A DNA stretch of 64,000 bases from an uncultured Archaeoglobales archaeon (GTDB lineage: Archaea; Halobacteriota; Archaeoglobi; Archaeoglobales; Archaeoglobaceae): positions 22,688-86,687 of the forward strand of contig CBFDVJ010000001.1 of the NCBI GenBank assembly GCA_965613355.1, given 5' to 3'. Below the pieces are notes generated by a model. It made no database searches, was not told where the DNA came from, and was given only the letters and a program-made list of their open reading frames with translations. Positions 55,103-64,000 of the stretch are shown here, in pieces. A program made the position numbers and the translations under genes. Position 1 is the first letter of the stretch; every line of letters starts with the position of its first letter.

Positions 55103-55860
55103 TTTGAATCGGATGGCTTAAAGCTACGATATTTTGAAACAGGAGAGGGAAGTCCATTGATTCTTATCCATGGACTGGGCGAGCCTAGAGGGGTGGACCT
55201 TCCAGTATGACGAATTTTCAAGACACTTTAGGGTTATAAGCCTCGATCTAAGGGGATTTGGTATGTCCGATGTGCCAGAAAGCATTTCTGTCGAAGATTT
55301 CGTCGAAGATGTGATAAATCTAATGGATGAGCTTGGACTCGAATCTGCAAACCTTTTAGGCCTTTCAATGGGAGGAGCCGTATGCATGGCCTTCTTCAAA
55401 AAATACCCGGAAAAGTTAGCTCTCTGATCCTCGCCAACACCCTTTACAAATTGCCTGAAGAGGCGAAACCTCTTTTTGAGGAGAGACTAAAACTAGTCGA
55501 GAAAGCAAACATGGCTGAAATAGCTAGTTTTATAGCAGAGCTATCTATTCATCAGAAAAGGGAGGATCTAAAGGATTTCATAAGAACGATCCTGAGAAAA
55601 AACGACAAGGAGTTTTACAGAAAAGTTACAATTGAAATGAGGAAAATCAATTTTGAGGATGTTCTTCCGAAGATCAATATACCAACATTGATTCTCGTTG
55701 CAGAATGTAACCACTCCTCCAGCAATTGGAGAGACGATGGCAAAGCTTATACCAAACTCAGAAATAAAAATGGTAAGCAATTCAGCCCATCTCGCAAAAA
55801 TTGAGAATCCAGAGGAATTTAATAGGTATGTGGTAGAGTTTTTGATGGGTCTGGAGGGTT
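55103..55860 (+). pseudogene. Alpha/beta hydrolase pseudogene
   Basis: [23 protein letters not shown] nucleophile elbow and SAHL are spread over four frame segments; shifts near 55180, 55415 and 55705; no in-frame start. Confidence 0.85.
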
Positions 55861-55956
55861 TAACGAAAGGTGAAACGAGTCAAACGATTGCTCTCGGGAA
55901 AGATGAAATTTACAATACCAGCTTACAAATAAATATCCATTCCTCCCACTATCTTT

Positions 55957-56853
55957 ATGGATCTTCCAAGGTTCATCTTCCAAGCTGAGGAAAATCTTGT
56001 CGAAAAACCTTGGGGTGGCAGATGGATCGCCATGCTAAAAAGCTTGGAAGGAGATAGAATTGGAGAGTCCTGGGAGTTTTCAACTCACCCATCCAGACCA
56101 TCTTATGTTATGGTTAGGGGAAAGAAAATCAGTTTAGTAGATCTTATTCAAATAGCAAGAAAAGAGATTCTCGGAAATATCGACTCAGGAACCTTACCGA
56201 TTCTGGTTAAGTTTTTGGATGTCGAAGGGAAAATTAGCATTCAAGTGCATCCCACCAGCGAAATTGCAAGGATGCTTGGAGAAAGAGAGGTTGGGAAGAA
56301 CGAGGCATGGATAATTCTGAATGGTGGAAGTGTATATATCGGATTCAAAGAAAATGTGGGTAAAAATATATTCGAGATGCCTCCAGCAGAGATCTTAGGA
56401 AAAATGAACAGATTTGAAGCGAAATATCTGGATTCCTTCAGGATTCCAGCCGGTACAATTCATTTTGCGGAGAATACAAAAATCCTTGAAATATCAACAA
56501 ACTCCAATTTGACCTACAGAATCTACGACTTTGAGGGGAGAAAAACCCAGGCTGAGAAGGCTATTAAAGCTCTTAAAATGCAAAGAACCAGAATTGAGGA
56601 GGTTAGGGGAGAAAGGGGTAAGATTTCAATGGAAGAGTTTGAGGCAGAGATACTGCACCTTGAGGGGTGCCTTGATCTCTCAACAATGGGTGTTTTCAAC
56701 ATCCTAATCTCCCTTGAAGGTTCAGCTATCCTTAGAAGTGAAGGAGAAGTTTCAGAGCTCAAGAGAGGATATTCATGTCTTATTCCTGCGATAACCGGTA
56801 TTTACACGATCGAAAGTGATAAAGCTGTGATTGGAAAGATCTATGCGAAGTAA
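55957..56853 (+). CDS. manA: Mannose-6-phosphate isomerase, type I (cupin)
   Basis: KPWGG, GESWE, LVKFLD...SIQVHP, KNEAW, GTIHF and TYRIYDF. Confidence 0.85.
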   Translation: MDLPRFIFQAEENLVEKPWGGRWIAMLKSLEGDRIGESWEFSTHPSRPSYVMVRGKKISLVDLIQIARKEILGNIDSGTLPILVKFLDVEGKISIQVHPTSEIARMLGEREVGKNEAWIILNGGSVYIGFKENVGKNIFEMPPAEILGKMNRFEAKYLDSFRIPAGTIHFAENTKILEISTNSNLTYRIYDFEGRKTQAEKAIKALKMQRTRIEEVRGERGKISMEEFEAEILHLEGCLDLSTMGVFNILISLEGSAILRSEGEVSELKRGYSCLIPAITGIYTIESDKAVIGKIYAK

Positions 56854-56922
56854 AGGCTGTAATTGAAAAGATGGTGATGACATTTGGGAAAAATTTAAAA
56901 GTATGGGGAAAATTTTAGGTAG

Positions 56923-57963
56923 ATGTTCAAGCTGATCTGCGAATTAGGCGCTGAAGTCCGTAGAGAGAACAAGACCGAAGATATAGTCAAAAGATTGTGT
57001 GTTATTACAGCCAACAGAGTCCATCTCAAAAGATACCCCGTCGACAATCCGGTAACGATATTCAATCCCTCCCTAGTGGTCGAAGACGGAGAGATAACAA
57101 TTTACGCCAGAATCATTCTTGGGTATTTTACCTATGCCAGTGCTGTTGCTGAGATATTTGTCCCTCATAGAGATATCTACACAAACGCTTTTTCCGGGCA
57201 CTACACTGCTGAGATAAAGGTGTTTCCAAACAACAGATTTGATTTATGGGGAGTTGAGGATCCAAGGGTTTATGAGATAGAAGGAAAGAAGTACATGACA
57301 TACTGTGGGAGGACTGTAAACTACTTTAATCCTTCTATTAGAACGGAGAGAACCCTTCCGATCACGGCTGTAGAAGAAAAGGACAGATGGAAAAAGCTAT
57401 CGGTTTACAGGCTCGCCCCAGAACTCAGGGGTTTTGTTATAAGTGATAAAGATGCTTTTCTTTTCAAGGCGAAGGATAAACTAATGCTGTTCCACCGCCT
57501 CCACATGAGCGATGAGAAGTTCTATCCGGTTATAAGTGAGGTGCCAAGGAAGTCACTCGATTCAGAGAACTTCCAGGAAGTTACGGTCGAGAATACATCA
57601 CTAGCCCTTGAAGCCCAAGAGTTTGAGGAAAAGATAGGCTGGGCAACACCACCCGTTAAGGTTGATAAGGAGTACCTCTTTCTAATGCATAGTGTTGACA
57701 AAGAAACCAAGATCTACAGGGTTTTCGCCCTACTGATGAACAGAAAGCTGGAGATCACCGCTGTAACCCCACACTACATCCTCGAGCCAAATGAACCCTA
57801 CGAAGTTTATGGTGACAGGCCATTTGTCGTATTCCCATGTGGTGCACAACTAATTGATGATTCCCTTCTGATATCTTACGGAGCAGCAGATTCGGCTGTG
57901 GTTGTGGGAGAGATCGATGTCTCAGAGCTAATGTCTATCCTCGATACGAATAGAATCAAGTAG
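56923..57963 (+). CDS. GH130-like glycosidase/phosphorylase (five-bladed propeller)
   Basis: IFNPS, GVEDPRV, DKDAFLF, KIGWATPP, VVFPCGA and YGAADS. Confidence 0.85.
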   Translation: MFKLICELGAEVRRENKTEDIVKRLCVITANRVHLKRYPVDNPVTIFNPSLVVEDGEITIYARIILGYFTYASAVAEIFVPHRDIYTNAFSGHYTAEIKVFPNNRFDLWGVEDPRVYEIEGKKYMTYCGRTVNYFNPSIRTERTLPITAVEEKDRWKKLSVYRLAPELRGFVISDKDAFLFKAKDKLMLFHRLHMSDEKFYPVISEVPRKSLDSENFQEVTVENTSLALEAQEFEEKIGWATPPVKVDKEYLFLMHSVDKETKIYRVFALLMNRKLEITAVTPHYILEPNEPYEVYGDRPFVVFPCGAQLIDDSLLISYGAADSAVVVGEIDVSELMSILDTNRIK

Positions 57964-57987
57964 TCAATTTAATGGATTCAAATGGAT

Positions 57988-59019
57988 TCAAATAGACTCA
58001 AATAACTCCAGAAATTTCCTAGCTACTCTCCCTACCTCATTCTGCTCAACGTATTTTTCTGCGGCATTTATGATTCGTGCTCTCAACTCATCATTCTCAA
58101 TTAGTTCGATGAGCTTTGTTTTAAGATCTTCTACATCTTTGTAGACGACAACCGGCAACATTTGTTCATCCAAGGTTTCAAAGTGTCGGGTGTTGGGAAC
58201 TACAGTTGGTACGAGACTTCCCAAACACTGGAAGAGGGTTGAGGAAACAACAACGAACTTTGTTTTCCCCTTAGGCAGGAGGTGGATGTCTGCAGAATGT
58301 AAACGAGCATAGAGTTCCCTGTTGGATATCCTCCCATTGCTCTGCTCGATCCATGGTTTCTGGAAAGGGAGAAAACCATCAGACCTTATTATCCTATAGA
58401 CAAAATCGTATCTTTCGGCCAACCAATCAAGGGCTTTTATATAATCAACATACTCCCCGAGTGGCTGTCTTCCAAAGCTGAAGAAAGTAAGAATATCTTC
58501 TGCAAACTTCCTATTTCCTTTCTCAACGGGATGACACGGATATGGGATTACTCTTGTTATGTCTCTGTAATCATAGAGCATCTCGTTGATGTAGCGCTCA
58601 TCGAAAACGACAAGAGAATCGAAAACCCTGAGATTCGAGTATCTGAGATGAGACCTACTTCCCTCATGAATTACAGCCACTTTTTCACATTTCAATTTTC
58701 TTACGAGCTCTTCCACTTCCCTATAGGGTATGCTCGTGTAAGACTCAACGACAAAGAAATCAAAATCCCCTTTCAGAATGTTATCAAAATCCAAACTCCC
58801 TCCCTTAAAATCTTTTGGCCTGAGTTCAGCGTAGCACCGGATTACGAAGGGTTCATCCTCTTTGATTATCCGATGATGCCACCAGCGGTTTGCCGTCTCA
58901 ACATAAGGAGCGAAAACCTTGATTTCATGACCCATTTTAATAAATTCCCAAGCTAAAAGCTCGGCATGCATGGAAACACCACACGTGGCGTTCCATCTCG
59001 AAAGTATACCGATTTTCAT
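57988..59019 (-). CDS. GT-B (GT4-like) glycosyltransferase; start MKIGIL at 59019
   Basis: WNATCGVSMHAELL and GHEIKVFA; C-terminal GT-B half. Confidence 0.8.
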   Translation of the reverse strand: MKIGILSRWNATCGVSMHAELLAWEFIKMGHEIKVFAPYVETANRWWHHRIIKEDEPFVIRCYAELRPKDFKGGSLDFDNILKGDFDFFVVESYTSIPYREVEELVRKLKCEKVAVIHEGSRSHLRYSNLRVFDSLVVFDERYINEMLYDYRDITRVIPYPCHPVEKGNRKFAEDILTFFSFGRQPLGEYVDYIKALDWLAERYDFVYRIIRSDGFLPFQKPWIEQSNGRISNRELYARLHSADIHLLPKGKTKFVVVSSTLFQCLGSLVPTVVPNTRHFETLDEQMLPVVVYKDVEDLKTKLIELIENDELRARIINAAEKYVEQNEVGRVARKFLELFESI

Positions 59020-59078
59020 AAATTTTAAGTTAACACTTCTCGGTATAAATAATTTAATTTCTTTCCAGAATGGTTGAA

Positions 59079-59321
59079 TTACGCAAAACACTTGAATAGG
59101 GAATATAAAACAAGAATTACCGCGGTAGATACAATTATAACATAAACCCAGACCACATAACGCTCTTTCGCTATTCCAGTAAGCCTGTAGATAACATAAA
59201 TCCAGATTGGTGCGAACTGAGAGAGGGGGTCGAGGGAGAAATCAAAGAGCTTGGGAATGAGAGCTAAAATTATCAAACAGACTAGGGCGGTAATGGCAAT
59301 TTTTGTGTCCGCCTCCCTCAT
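59079..59321 (-). CDS. Small hypothetical membrane protein
   Basis: 80 aa with three hydrophobic segments. Confidence 0.6.
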   Translation of the reverse strand: MREADTKIAITALVCLIILALIPKLFDFSLDPLSQFAPIWIYVIYRLTGIAKERYVVWVYVIIVSTAVILVLYSLFKCFA

Positions 59322-59476
59322 AAATCTGAGCTAACCTCGTTTTATTTATACTTTTATACTTACATTTTAACACACTCTACACAATCTTTTTCAAAAGCTT
59401 AAAAGGCCTCTCAGAAGTCCTCTCAAATTTGATCTAAGGTCTAAAACTTTATCTTCCCATCGAAAAAAGTTATTTT

Positions 59477-59890
59477 GTGAAGGCAAAAACTCGAGTTTCG
59501 GGATTCCACGTCAGCAACAAAAAGCCCATACCAAAGGAGAGGGTTTTATTCTCAGGTTATCTTCAGGTTTATGATTCGGAAAACAGGAGATGGGATCCCT
59601 TGAGGGGTAAACTCTTGCTTTTTGTGGATGGTGTTAAAAGAAGAGAGTTCAATTCGGATGTCTACGGTCAATTTGAGGTTGATTATGAATTCATGTTCCC
59701 CGGGAAATACGAGGTAGAGGTAAGATTCGAAGGAGGGCCTAAGACAAGGGCGAGCATGGCTGGAATGAGGGTAGAGGTGATAACCACAGAGCAGAGAAAG
59801 AGGATAACAAAACTGATCAGGATTTTCATAGCCCTACTCCTAATCTTCATCATTTCAGTCTCCCTTATTATGATGTTTGCAAATCTGTGA
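59477..59890 (+). CDS. Hypothetical protein: Ig-like beta-sandwich with C-terminal TM
   Basis: Alternating beta pattern (GKYEVEVRFEG), hydrophobic C-terminus, no signal peptide. Confidence 0.65.
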   Translation: MKAKTRVSGFHVSNKKPIPKERVLFSGYLQVYDSENRRWDPLRGKLLLFVDGVKRREFNSDVYGQFEVDYEFMFPGKYEVEVRFEGGPKTRASMAGMRVEVITTEQRKRITKLIRIFIALLLIFIISVSLIMMFANL

Positions 59891-59957
59891 TTTTCCCCAA
59901 TCCATAACATCCCAAGTCAGAGTTAAATTTTAAATAATTCCAACCGAAGTTTTCGGA

Positions 59958-60194
59958 GTGGATCCTAAATTAATAAGAGAACTGAAGAGACTAGCGATTG
60001 GAGTTGGAATGAAAACGATAGGCTACCTGCTCATCGCAGGTGGCATTTTTTTGCCTCTTATTAATAAAAAGATGGGGTATACGGCTATCTATGCCGGAGT
60101 GATCTTGGTTGTTGCAGGATGGGTATACATTTACGTTGCTCTTAAGAAAAGTGGGGAAATCAAAAACAAAGACCAGAAACAAAAAAGAAAATAA
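59958..60194 (+). CDS. Small hypothetical membrane protein
   Basis: Two TM segments and a Lys-rich tail. Confidence 0.6.
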   Translation: MDPKLIRELKRLAIGVGMKTIGYLLIAGGIFLPLINKKMGYTAIYAGVILVVAGWVYIYVALKKSGEIKNKDQKQKRK

Positions 60195-60232
60195 AAATCA
60201 AAATTGGATTTTTAAACTCCATCAGGCCCATG

Positions 60233-60865
60233 TTAGGCCCTTGCTGCCATCTTCTTCTTTAGGTGTTTTAACTTGATGATGTTTTCCCTATCCATCTCTT
60301 CAAGCTTGAACGTGATAAAACGGGCCGTTTCCTCCATCATCGGAATAACTCTGAATTCCAAGGCGTTAACTCTCCTTTTTGTCCTGTCAATCTCATCAAT
60401 CAATCTCCTTAGGGTTGTCTCAACCTCTGCAACCTCGAGGATGGCATCTACAAGTTCTTCAAAGGCCGCAACCGCCTCATCTATTCTTGTCGTCGTACTC
60501 AAAACACCGTAATCCCTTTCCGTTATCTTCTTTCGAATCGGCTCCTTCTTAACAACGGGCACGGGAACCCCCATTATGTTTTTCCTTTTCATTGTGAATT
60601 CGGGAGGGATTCTACAGCAGGCTAAAGATATGGACTTTACCGCCACCGCACCGTCCACCGCCATGGCAAGGGCAAGCTTCTGCTGGGCTTTCTCGTACTT
60701 CTCGATCATCCTTCCGATTACTTCCTTTGCCTCCTCCAGAATCTGCCTGAATTCCATTATCAAACCATCCCTCTTCATCTTAAGAAGCGCATGTCCCTTC
60801 GTAGCCATCGCTATTCGTCTTCTGAGCTTTATTAGTTCCATTCTCGTCGGTTGTACCTCTGCCAT
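60233..60865 (-). CDS. atpD: A-type ATP synthase subunit D
   Basis: PTRMEL, GHALLKMKRD and TKRRVNALE. Confidence 0.97.
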   Translation of the reverse strand: MAEVQPTRMELIKLRRRIAMATKGHALLKMKRDGLIMEFRQILEEAKEVIGRMIEKYEKAQQKLALAMAVDGAVAVKSISLACCRIPPEFTMKRKNIMGVPVPVVKKEPIRKKITERDYGVLSTTTRIDEAVAAFEELVDAILEVAEVETTLRRLIDEIDRTKRRVNALEFRVIPMMEETARFITFKLEEMDRENIIKLKHLKKKMAARA

Positions 60866-60888
60866 GATATCACCGTGAAATAAAAAAT

Positions 60889-62292
60889 TTAGGCTGCCTC
60901 AGCAGCCTCTTCAGCTGCTTTCTTCCTGTAAGCAGGATGATACTTCTCTATGAACTTCCTCTCAATCTTAACGAGATCCGCCTCAGGTAACATGGAGAGG
61001 AGCTCCCATCCGAGGTCGAGTGTATATTCAATGTCTCTGTCCTCATACCTCCCCTGCTGGAGCCATCTTCTCTCGAATTCATCTGCGAACTTGAGGAATC
61101 TCCTGTCTTTCTCCGATAAAGCCTCTTCACCGACGATGGCAACCAAACCTCTCAGATCGACTCCTTCTGCGTAGGCAGCATACATCTGGTCGTTCCACTG
61201 GACATGGTCGTCTCTTGTCAATCCCTCTCCGATTCCTTCTTTCATCAACCTGCTGAGGGATGGTAGCACGTTGATCGGTGGATAGATACCCTTAGCATGG
61301 AGCTCTCTGCTCAGCACGATTTGGCCCTCGGTGATATATCCAGTCAAGTCCGGAATCGGATGGGTTATGTCGTCAGCCGGCATCGTAAGAACTGGGAACT
61401 GAGTGATTGATCCTTTTCTACCTCTAATACGCCCGGCTCTCTCGTAGTTTGTAGCAAGATCGGTATACATGTAACCCGGATAACCTCTTCTTCCAGGCAC
61501 CTCTTCTCTTGCCGCACTTATCTCTCTCAAAGCTTCACAGTAGTTTGTGAAATCCGTCAGGATGACGAGGATGTGATAGTCGTATTCATAGGCAAGATAT
61601 TCAGCTGCTGTCAAAGCCATCCTCGGCGTTATAAGCCTCTCAATGGCCGGATCGTTTGCAAGGTTGAGGAAGATAACCGCTCTCTCCAAAGCTCCCGTTC
61701 TCTCGAAATCCTTTATGAAGTAGTGAGCTTCCTCATACGTAATACCCATCGCAGCGAAGATGACGGCAAACTCTTCACCCGTGCCTCTAACCTTCGCCTG
61801 TCTTGCGATCTGCAGGGCGATGTCGTTATGTGGCAAACCGGAACCGCTGAATATGGGCAGCTTCTGACCTCTTACGAGGGTGTTCATTCCATCGATAGCA
61901 GATATACCAGTCTGGATGAACTCTCTCGGATAGGTTCGAGCATATGGATTTATGGCAGAACCTATGATCGGCAATCTCTCCTCGGGAATGATCTTTGGTC
62001 CCCCATCGATAGGTTCCCCTGAACCGGAGAGGATCCTGCCCATCATGTCTTTTGAACAGGCGAGCTTAACGATATCACCGGTAAAGCGGACAGCTGAAGA
62101 TTTGTCAATACCTCTTGTGCCCTCAAAAGACTGAACTACTACTATATCCTTAGCCGAGTCAAGAACCTGGCCTCTTCTCGTTGTACCATCGGGGAGTGTA
62201 ATCAAAACGAGCTCACCGTAGGAGACGGGCTCCGTTTTCTCAACGAAGATCAAAGGCCCGGCAACATCCCTAATGGTTCTATACTCCTTCAT
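60889..62292 (-). CDS. atpB: A-type ATP synthase subunit B
   Basis: [15 protein letters not shown] and [13 protein letters not shown]. Confidence 0.97.
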   Translation of the reverse strand: MKEYRTIRDVAGPLIFVEKTEPVSYGELVLITLPDGTTRRGQVLDSAKDIVVVQSFEGTRGIDKSSAVRFTGDIVKLACSKDMMGRILSGSGEPIDGGPKIIPEERLPIIGSAINPYARTYPREFIQTGISAIDGMNTLVRGQKLPIFSGSGLPHNDIALQIARQAKVRGTGEEFAVIFAAMGITYEEAHYFIKDFERTGALERAVIFLNLANDPAIERLITPRMALTAAEYLAYEYDYHILVILTDFTNYCEALREISAAREEVPGRRGYPGYMYTDLATNYERAGRIRGRKGSITQFPVLTMPADDITHPIPDLTGYITEGQIVLSRELHAKGIYPPINVLPSLSRLMKEGIGEGLTRDDHVQWNDQMYAAYAEGVDLRGLVAIVGEEALSEKDRRFLKFADEFERRWLQQGRYEDRDIEYTLDLGWELLSMLPEADLVKIERKFIEKYHPAYRKKAAEEAAEAA

Positions 62293-64000
62293 GCTTCACC
62301 TCCAAGAAGGTTAGCCTTAATTTTTGCAACAGCCGCATCGAGGTGCTTCTTATAATCCTCCTCAAATTTGGCTCTGGCAAAGTCCTCTCTTCCCTCAACG
62401 TTCTCAATCTCATCGATCGTTCTGCCAGCATCTAACGCCTTGTAGAATATGTCATTGAGCTCCTTTATCGCTTTCATCATGTCATACATCTTCTGAACCG
62501 AACAGTAAGTGTCAACCTCGTGATATGCGTACTGGGAAAGGTAAACCTCTCTGATATATCTCGCAATTTCGAGCAACACCCTCTGGTTGTCCGCAAGCGC
62601 ATCCTTTCCAACAAGCATAACTATCTCCATGAGATTTGCTTCTTCCTGTAGAACCGTCATTATCCATGTTCTCAGATCACTCCATTCGGGAGAGACATTC
62701 TCCTTGAACCAATCAGCCAAGGATTCAGCATATAGGCTGTAACTCTGGAGCCAGTTTATTGCTGGGAAGTGCCTTCTCGCAGCAAGCTTCGTGTCGAGAG
62801 CCCAGAACACTTTCACAATTCTCAGTGTGTTCTGGGTAACGGGTTCACTGAAGTCTCCACCCGGTGGTGAAACTGCTCCAACAACACTGACACTTCCTAT
62901 GCTTCCGGCTAGAGTCCTCACTCTCCCAGCTCTTTCATAGAACTCTGCAAGCCTTGAAGCGAGGTAGGCCGGATATCCTTCTTCACCAGGCATCTCTTCA
63001 AGTCTACCCGACATCTCTCTCATAGCCTCAGCCCATCTGCTCGTTGAATCAGCCTGGACTGCCACATCATATCCCATGTCCCTGAAGTACTCTGCCAAGG
63101 TTATCCCCGTATAAACCGATGCCTCCCTCGCGGCAACAGGCATGTTCGATGTGTTTGCAACAAGAACCGATCTTTCCATAAGAGATTCCCCAGTTCTCGG
63201 GTCTATTAACTCTGGGAATTCCTCAAGAACCTCTGTCATCTCGTTTCCTCTCTCTCCACATCCCACGTAAACGATAACATTGGAGTCGGACCACTTGGCG
63301 AGCTGATGCTGCATCACGGTTTTACCGGTTCCAAACCCACCAGGAATGGCCGCTGTTCCACCTTTCGCGATAGGAAAGAGAGTATCGAAGATTCTTTGGC
63401 CGGTGAGCAAAGGAACATCAGGCGGGAGCTTTTCTTTATAAGGTCTTGGAATTCTTACTGGCCACTTGTGGTGCATCTTTAGCTCCACTCCTTTGTCAAG
63501 AACCGCTATCGTATCCCTCACCGTAAACTTACCCTCATAGATTTCGTTCACCACTCCCCCTTCGACATTTGGTGGCACAAGGATTTTGTGCTCAACAACT
63601 TTCGTTTCCTGAACAACCCCAATGATGTCTCCTGGATTTACGCTGTCCCCCTTCTTAACCGTAGGCTTGAACTCCCATTCTTTCTTCATATCGATGCCTG
63701 GAGCTTCAATACCTCTGCCGATAAAGTCTCCAGAAATTTCCTTCATCACCGGCAAAGGTCTCTGGATCCCATCGTAGATCGAAGTTAGTATCCCCGGCCC
63801 GAGGTCGACGCTCAATGGCATTCCCGTGTTCTCAACCTTTCCACCAGGTTTTATCCCCGATGTGTCCTCGTAAACCTGAATGAGAACTTTGTCACCTGCC
63901 AGCCCTACTACTTCTCCCATTAATCCTTCAACCAGACAAACATCGTACATTCTTGCTTTCAAACCCTCTGCCACAACCAGAGGGCCAGAAACTCTATAAA
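62289..64000 (-). CDS. atpA: A-type ATP synthase subunit A (5' end outside window; no intein in the visible part)
   Basis: Frame is open to the window edge ([12 protein letters not shown]); P-loop [17 protein letters not shown] and [10 protein letters not shown]. Confidence 0.97.
   Translation of the reverse strand, partial: YRVSGPLVVAEGLKARMYDVCLVEGLMGEVVGLAGDKVLIQVYEDTSGIKPGGKVENTGMPLSVDLGPGILTSIYDGIQRPLPVMKEISGDFIGRGIEAPGIDMKKEWEFKPTVKKGDSVNPGDIIGVVQETKVVEHKILVPPNVEGGVVNEIYEGKFTVRDTIAVLDKGVELKMHHKWPVRIPRPYKEKLPPDVPLLTGQRIFDTLFPIAKGGTAAIPGGFGTGKTVMQHQLAKWSDSNVIVYVGCGERGNEMTEVLEEFPELIDPRTGESLMERSVLVANTSNMPVAAREASVYTGITLAEYFRDMGYDVAVQADSTSRWAEAMREMSGRLEEMPGEEGYPAYLASRLAEFYERAGRVRTLAGSIGSVSVVGAVSPPGGDFSEPVTQNTLRIVKVFWALDTKLAARRHFPAINWLQSYSLYAESLADWFKENVSPEWSDLRTWIMTVLQEEANLMEIVMLVGKDALADNQRVLLEIARYIREVYLSQYAYHEVDTYCSVQKMYDMMKAIKELNDIFYKALDAGRTIDEIENVEGREDFARAKFEEDYKKHLDAAVAKIKANLLGGEA

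Noticed and set aside
62289-64000. Intein in atpA
   Set aside because: P-loop region GGFGTGKTV is contiguous and the length is normal.

Overview
Archaeal chromosomal window. The split rpoB''/rpoB' and rpoA'/rpoA'' genes, A-type ATP synthase, archaeal GAPDH, PGF-CTERM signal and protein style point to Archaeoglobales (inference). The right half is mostly core genome: pcm, tRNA-Lys, the rpoH-B''-B'-A'-A''-L30e-nusA-S12-S7-EF2 cluster, EF-1a-S10-RNase Z, ccdA, a glutamate-synthase-like flavoprotein, an aminotransferase, ribH, a PMI/GH130/GT4 sugar cluster and atpD/B/A. The left half is accessory. It holds a dead DDE IS, a VapBC pair, and a ~24 kb surface-protein island (4924-28684) that reads as two tandem cassettes, each arranged [conserved ~91-110 bp promoter/leader] -> giant beta-helix surface protein(s) -> DUF488. 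One DUF488 is intact. The other is an internally deleted remnant that the ORF track does not reveal. The 4645 aa, 2395 aa and 437 aa proteins share modules, Ca-binding-type loops and near-identical DNA patches, suggesting module shuffling or gene conversion. They use three anchoring modes (TM, none, PGF-CTERM) and lie next to an Lrp regulator with a Cys-rich tail. All domain calls come from motif recognition by eye; no database searches were run.
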